From the sequence record NC_047829.1: 39,693 bases of DNA. One strand, given 5' to 3'. This document shows, piece by piece, positions 35,999 to 39,693 of this stretch (its first letter is position 1; the number at the start of each line of letters is the position of its first letter). This DNA comes from Escherichia phage ST31. Position numbers and translations under genes: made by a program. The notes below the pieces were generated by a model that was not told the origin of the DNA, did not search any database, and saw nothing but the letters and a program-made list of their open reading frames with translations.

Positions 35999-37758
35999 GT
36001 AAAGACTTAGTGGCGCGTCAGGCGCTAATGACTGCCCGTATGAAGGCGGACTTCGTGTTCTTCCTGTTCGTCCTATGGAAAGCCTTGTCACTCCCAGTCC
36101 CGACTCGCTGTCAGATTGACATGGCGAAGAAACTATCGGCTGGGGACAACAGGCGTTTCATCCTACAGGCGTTCCGTGGTATCGGGAAGTCCTTCATTAC
36201 GTGTGCATTCGTGGTCTGGAAACTATGGAACAACCCAGACTTGAAGTTCATGATTGTGTCGGCCTCAAAGGAACGAGCAGATGCTAACTCCATATTCATC
36301 AAGCGAATCATCGACCTCATGCCTCAGCTTCAGGAACTCAAACCTAAGCAGGGACAGCGAGATGCGGTTATTAGCTTCGACGTTGGGCCAGCAAAGCCAG
36401 ACCACTCACCTTCGGTTAAGTCTGTTGGTATCACTGGTCAGCTTACTGGTAGTCGTGCTGACATCCTGATTGCCGATGACGTAGAGGTTCCGAACAACTC
36501 CGCGACTCAGGCTGCTCGTGACCGCCTGTCAGAGCTTGTGAAAGAGTTCGACGCTATCCTGAAGCCTGGAGGCACAATCATTTATCTGGGTACTCCTCAG
36601 AACGAGATGACCCTGTACCGTGAGTTGGAAGGTCGTGGGTATACCACTACTATCTGGCCAGCTCGTTATCCACGCGACAGGAAGGACTGGCAGTCTTACG
36701 GCGACCGTCTGGCTCCTATGCTTCAGGCAGAACTGGAAGAGGACCCTGAGTCCTTCTACTGGCGTCCTACTGATGAAGTACGATTCGATGATACGGACCT
36801 TAAGGAACGTGAGCTATCTTATGGTAAAGCTGGCTTCGCGCTACAGTTCATGCTTAACCCTAACCTGAGTGATGCAGAGAAGTACCCTCTGAAGCTCCGT
36901 GACCTTATCGTAGCAGACTTGGACCCAGCGTCTAGCCCAATGGTCTACCAATGGTTGCCGAACCCTCAGAACAAGCGTGAGGACGTTCCTAACGTTGGAC
37001 TCATGGGTGACTCGTACCACACGTATCAGACTGTAGGTTCTGCCTTCAGTTCGTACACCCAGAAGATTCTGGTCATTGACCCTAGTGGTCGTGGTAAGGA
37101 TGAAACTGGTTATGCGGTACTGTATCAGCTCAACGGCTACATCTTCGCTATGGAAGTGGGTGGTATGCGTGGCGGTTATGAAGACTCTACGCTGGAAGCC
37201 CTGGCTAAGATTGGTCGTAAGTGGAAGGTCAACGAATACGTCATTGAGGGTAACTTCGGTGATGGTATGTACCTTGAGCTATTCAAGCCTGTAGCGGCCC
37301 GTATCCATCCTGCGGCTGTAACTGAAGTGAAGAGTAAGGGTCAGAAAGAACTCCGCATCTGTGACGTTCTGGAGCCTATCATGGGGTCTCACCGACTTAT
37401 CGTCAACGCTGCTGCTATCGTCCAAGACTACCAGACAGCCTCTGACAAGGATGGTGTGCGTAACCCTATCTACTCTCTCTTCTATCAGATGACCCGTATC
37501 TCTCGTGAACGTGGAGCCTTGGCACACGATGACCGACTTGATGCGCTGGCTATCGGTGTACAGTTCTTCGTTGAGTCGATGGCTAAGGATGCCAACAAAG
37601 GCGAACGTGAAGTCACTGAGGAGTGGCTGGAGGAACAGATGGAGAACCCACGGAAAGGCTTCGAGTCCATCCACACCGAGTTCTGGGACAATGGGGTCCG
37701 GGTAACTCACAATAAGGACGACGAGCTAGGACTAGGGTCATACGTTACGTTCCACTAG
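35995..37758 (+). CDS. Terminase large subunit (T7 gene 19 homologue)
   Basis: 587 aa; [127 protein letters not shown]. Confidence 0.98.
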   Translation: MSKDLVARQALMTARMKADFVFFLFVLWKALSLPVPTRCQIDMAKKLSAGDNRRFILQAFRGIGKSFITCAFVVWKLWNNPDLKFMIVSASKERADANSIFIKRIIDLMPQLQELKPKQGQRDAVISFDVGPAKPDHSPSVKSVGITGQLTGSRADILIADDVEVPNNSATQAARDRLSELVKEFDAILKPGGTIIYLGTPQNEMTLYRELEGRGYTTTIWPARYPRDRKDWQSYGDRLAPMLQAELEEDPESFYWRPTDEVRFDDTDLKERELSYGKAGFALQFMLNPNLSDAEKYPLKLRDLIVADLDPASSPMVYQWLPNPQNKREDVPNVGLMGDSYHTYQTVGSAFSSYTQKILVIDPSGRGKDETGYAVLYQLNGYIFAMEVGGMRGGYEDSTLEALAKIGRKWKVNEYVIEGNFGDGMYLELFKPVAARIHPAAVTEVKSKGQKELRICDVLEPIMGSHRLIVNAAAIVQDYQTASDKDGVRNPIYSLFYQMTRISRERGALAHDDRLDALAIGVQFFVESMAKDANKGEREVTEEWLEEQMENPRKGFESIHTEFWDNGVRVTHNKDDELGLGSYVTFH

Positions 37759-37852
37759 CTGAATGAATAATTATAGGTGAAAGCTGCATGAATACGCGGT
37801 TAGTAACCTATAGTTACTACCAGTCTAACCTACTGTTTTACAAGGAGTTTGG

Positions 37853-37875
37853 ACTTAACTATCACTATAGGGAAG
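37853..37875 (+). promoter_or_regulatory. Phage RNA polymerase promoter near right genome end (phiOR-like)
   Basis: TTAACTATCACTATAGGGAAGACC after terminase, as T7 phiOR. Confidence 0.75.
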
Positions 37876-38053
37876 ACCCCCGGTTACTTATAGTATTACT
37901 GTAGTGAATATACATATGCAGACTTTATGCAAGACCTTAGGAGGCAGACTCCGAGTTCTTACCTAAGGCTTGCACCGATGGAAGGAGGGTGATATTAATC
38001 ATAATCCCTCCAATACAGATAGTAAAGACCATAGATACAGGAGGTATGTAGCA

Positions 38054-38209
38054 TATGGCAAAGACCAAAGCTGTACTTAAAGCTCTGGCGACCAATCGAG
38101 CTACATACAGGTTTCTTGCTGCTGTTCTACTTGCTGCTGGCGTTACTGCTGGAAGTCAGTGGGTCGGGTGGGTCGAGACTCTCGTATGTTCTCTGGTCTC
38201 TCAGTGTAA
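38054..38209 (+). CDS. Small hydrophobic protein (51 aa), gene 19.5 position
   Basis: ATG 38054 with GAGG 10 nt upstream; predicted TM stretch (FLAAVLLAAGVTAGSQWVGWV); translated by eye. Confidence 0.35.
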
Positions 38210-38369
38210 TTAACGCAATCATGGTAACGATTCATGAGCGGAAGACCTAAGGTCAGTACGTGGATAAAGACTCACTCTACTGACCTTAGCTACTGTAGTC
38301 AAGGACTTTAGGTAACACCTTAATAGAAGCTCACTTAGGGTCATCCTACTTATTGGTCTATCCTAGTGT

Positions 38370-38420
38370 CGCCTGACCTACGGTCCTTGACCTACAGTAG
38401 CTGCCACCTACAGTCTTCGA
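38370..38420 (+). repeat. Short direct repeats (CCTACAGT-like) flanking the terminal repeat on the right-end side
   Basis: CCTACGGTCC, CCTACAGTAG, CCTACAGTCT within 50 nt; analogous to T7 CCTAAAG arrays. Confidence 0.4.
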
Positions 38421-38450
38421 TGAGTTTTGGACCAAAAGTTTGAGACCACA

Positions 38451-38635
38451 TCTCACAGTTCAAGAACCTCAAGTCTCCCCCATAGGCCCTCTTTCAGTCC
38501 AGACCAAAGGCCCTACCCAGTCTATCATAAGGTTGGACCGAGGGTCAAGACTTCAGGTCAACGATAGGTTGAGGCTATGGCTTAGGGAAGGACGATAGGT
38601 AGGGACTATGGGTCTGTCTCTGAGTCTCTATCTGT
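38451..38635 (+). repeat. Probable direct terminal repeat (single collapsed copy) containing the physical genome end
   Basis: Begins TCTCACAGT...CCCCCATAGG and ends GTCTGTCTCTGAGTCTCTATCTGT, paralleling T7 TR start (TCTCACAGTGTACGG...) and end (GTGTCTCTCTGTGTCCCTATCTGT) as recalled; boundaries approximate. Confidence 0.4.
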
Positions 38636-38654
38636 ATAGCCATAGGTCTCAACA

Positions 38655-38745
38655 ACCATAAGTCCTACACCTACAGTCTCACTAACCTACAGTATCAACC
38701 ATAAGACACTCACAGCCTACAGTCATAGACCTACAGTTAATAGAC
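38655..38745 (+). repeat. Array of short direct repeats (ACCTACAGT-like) on the left-end side of the terminal repeat
   Basis: At least five CCTACAGT/CCTACAC units between 38660 and 38740. Confidence 0.45.
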
Positions 38746-38850
38746 ACAAAGCTATAGACTTAAGGTCAAAGACATGTTAGTCAAAGACTATATCCTCTTA
38801 GTCACCATGGGGCCGACGATAGCTCAATCAATATTATTTAAGATTACCTA

Positions 38851-38879
38851 TTGACTACAGGTCTAGACTATGGCTTAAT
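38851..38879 (+). promoter_or_regulatory. Host sigma70 early promoter (T7 A1-like)
   Basis: -35 TTGACT (38851-38856), 17-nt spacer, -10-like CTTAAT; AT-rich upstream; flanking sequence parallels T7 A1 region. Confidence 0.5.
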
Positions 38880-38991
38880 AGCTTCCGTCAACACGACACG
38901 GCAATAACCGGATAGTGAAGACGCCGGGTCATCCCGGTTAAGTAGACAGCCTGATAAGTCATACGAACAACAGGCAGATGACAGAAAGTAG

Positions 38992-39021
38992 TTGACAAGT
39001 AGTACCGACTTAAAGTAGTAT
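38992..39021 (+). promoter_or_regulatory. Host sigma70 early promoter (T7 A2-like)
   Basis: -35 TTGACA (38992-38997), 18-nt spacer, -10 TAGTAT; preceded by CCGGTTAAGTAGACAGCCTGATAAGTC, near-identical to T7 sequence between A1 and A2 as recalled. Confidence 0.55.
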
Positions 39022-39139
39022 GTACCACGTAGCAAGATGGCGTAGGGATAGGAACCGAGAAACCTGCCCGTGACCAGCCAAGGATAAGGCACTAGCTGTG
39101 AGTCGAATTCGGTCACTCACCGCATAAAAGAATAACAGG

Positions 39140-39168
39140 TTGACAGCCTCCTTTAAAAGCTGTAAGCT
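39140..39168 (+). promoter_or_regulatory. Host sigma70 early promoter (T7 A3-like)
   Basis: -35 TTGACA (39140-39145), 17-nt spacer, -10-like TAAGCT. Confidence 0.4.
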
Positions 39169-39284
39169 GTACCACATCGAAACGACAGTGAGTCCCAACA
39201 CTGAAACGGGATAGCACGGCGACGACAGCCAACGCAAATGCTCTTTAACAATCTGGATAAACTCTTAATGTGCGCCGATAGCGA

Positions 39285-39345
39285 CTAACTACAGGGTCTT
39301 TGAGTCTACACCTGAAGGCCCTGACTGATAGTCACTAACTTAACG
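39285..39345 (+). promoter_or_regulatory. Leader hairpin upstream of gene 0.3-slot ORF (RNase III site candidate)
   Basis: ACTACAGGGTCTTTGAGTCTACACCTGAAGGCCCTGACTGATAGTCACTAACTTAACGG; CAGGGTC pairs GGCCCTG; near-duplicate at 39608-39660. Confidence 0.4.
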
Positions 39346-39346
39346 G

Positions 39347-39601
39347 ATGGACACTATGAAACACTTAAGCACAATCACTAATCACAATGAAGTATTCATG
39401 AACACTAAAGGTTATGCGTGGATTCAGCTTAAAGAGATGACAGGAGCGCGTCACCGTGTGGTAGTGCGCAAGGTCTCAAGCAAGCAGTTCAGCAACTACA
39501 GCGTAGATACTGTGCGTATAGACAACGAGACCTACCTGATAGACTCGCAGATAACCGTGAGTCCTACAGCTAGCGTCTCAGCTCCTTATTTCGCTAACTG
39601 A
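39347..39601 (+). CDS. Early protein of unknown function in the gene 0.3 (Ocr/SAMase) slot
   Basis: 84 aa ORF, first gene after the sigma70 promoters; no resemblance to T7 Ocr (not acidic) or to T3 SAMase as recalled. Confidence 0.6.
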   Translation: MDTMKHLSTITNHNEVFMNTKGYAWIQLKEMTGARHRVVVRKVSSKQFSNYSVDTVRIDNETYLIDSQITVSPTASVSAPYFAN

Positions 39602-39607
39602 GAGTGA

Positions 39608-39660
39608 TTAACTACAGGTCGTTAGACTCATAGCGGCCTGACTGATAGTCACTAACTAAA
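39608..39660 (+). promoter_or_regulatory. Leader hairpin upstream of kinase-like gene (RNase III site candidate)
   Basis: ACTACAGGTCGTTAGACTCATAGCGGCCTGACTGATAGTCACTAACTAAAGG; second copy of the 39285-39345 element. Confidence 0.4.
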
Positions 39661-39671
39661 GGATAAACAAG

Positions 39672-39693
39672 ATGAAACTGATAGGCAAAGGCG
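39672..39693 (+). CDS. 5' end of kinase-like gene, continuing at base 11 of the window
   Basis: ATG 39672 after AAGGA; MKLIGKG...; last 10 nt of the window (GGCAAAGGCG) are identical to the first 10 nt. Confidence 0.5.

Noticed and set aside
35582-36091. Minus-strand ORF (169 aa) across the Rz/terminase junction
   Set aside because: Antisense to two well-supported + strand genes; no expression signals.
37279-37710. Minus-strand ORF (143 aa) inside large terminase
   Set aside because: Antisense artefact within a highly conserved gene.
38215-38850. Possible protein-coding content in the ~640-nt gene-poor interval
   Set aside because: Only short ORFs without RBSs; the sequence parallels T7 terminal repeat and packaging repeat arrays, so it is better explained as non-coding genome-end structure.

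Overview
The window is essentially a complete genome of a T7-like lytic podophage (Autographiviridae, T7 supergroup), with every credible gene on the + strand in canonical T7 order. The record is circularly permuted: the first and last 10 nt are identical, and an early kinase-like gene spans the junction. Order from the physical left end: terminal repeat (~38451-38635), sigma70 early promoters, a gene 0.3-slot protein, the kinase-like gene, small early ORFs, RNA polymerase (1536-4217), ligase, SSB, endonuclease I, amidase, primase/helicase, DNA polymerase, exonuclease, portal, scaffold, capsid, tail tubular A/B, internal virion proteins, tail fibre, holin, small terminase, Rz/Rz1, large terminase. 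Eleven copies of a phage promoter (consensus AACTATCACTATAGGGA) and three R1.1-like RNase III hairpins punctuate the genome. Homology calls rest on my recall of T7 protein sequences, not on a database search. Most worth a second look: the uncharacterised early genes (anti-defence candidates), a tRNA-like element before the primase gene, a tail fibre whose C-terminal two-thirds is compositionally foreign, and small insertions between conserved genes (8830-9303, 21920-22147, 4230-4979). No integrase, repressor or CRISPR array is visible.
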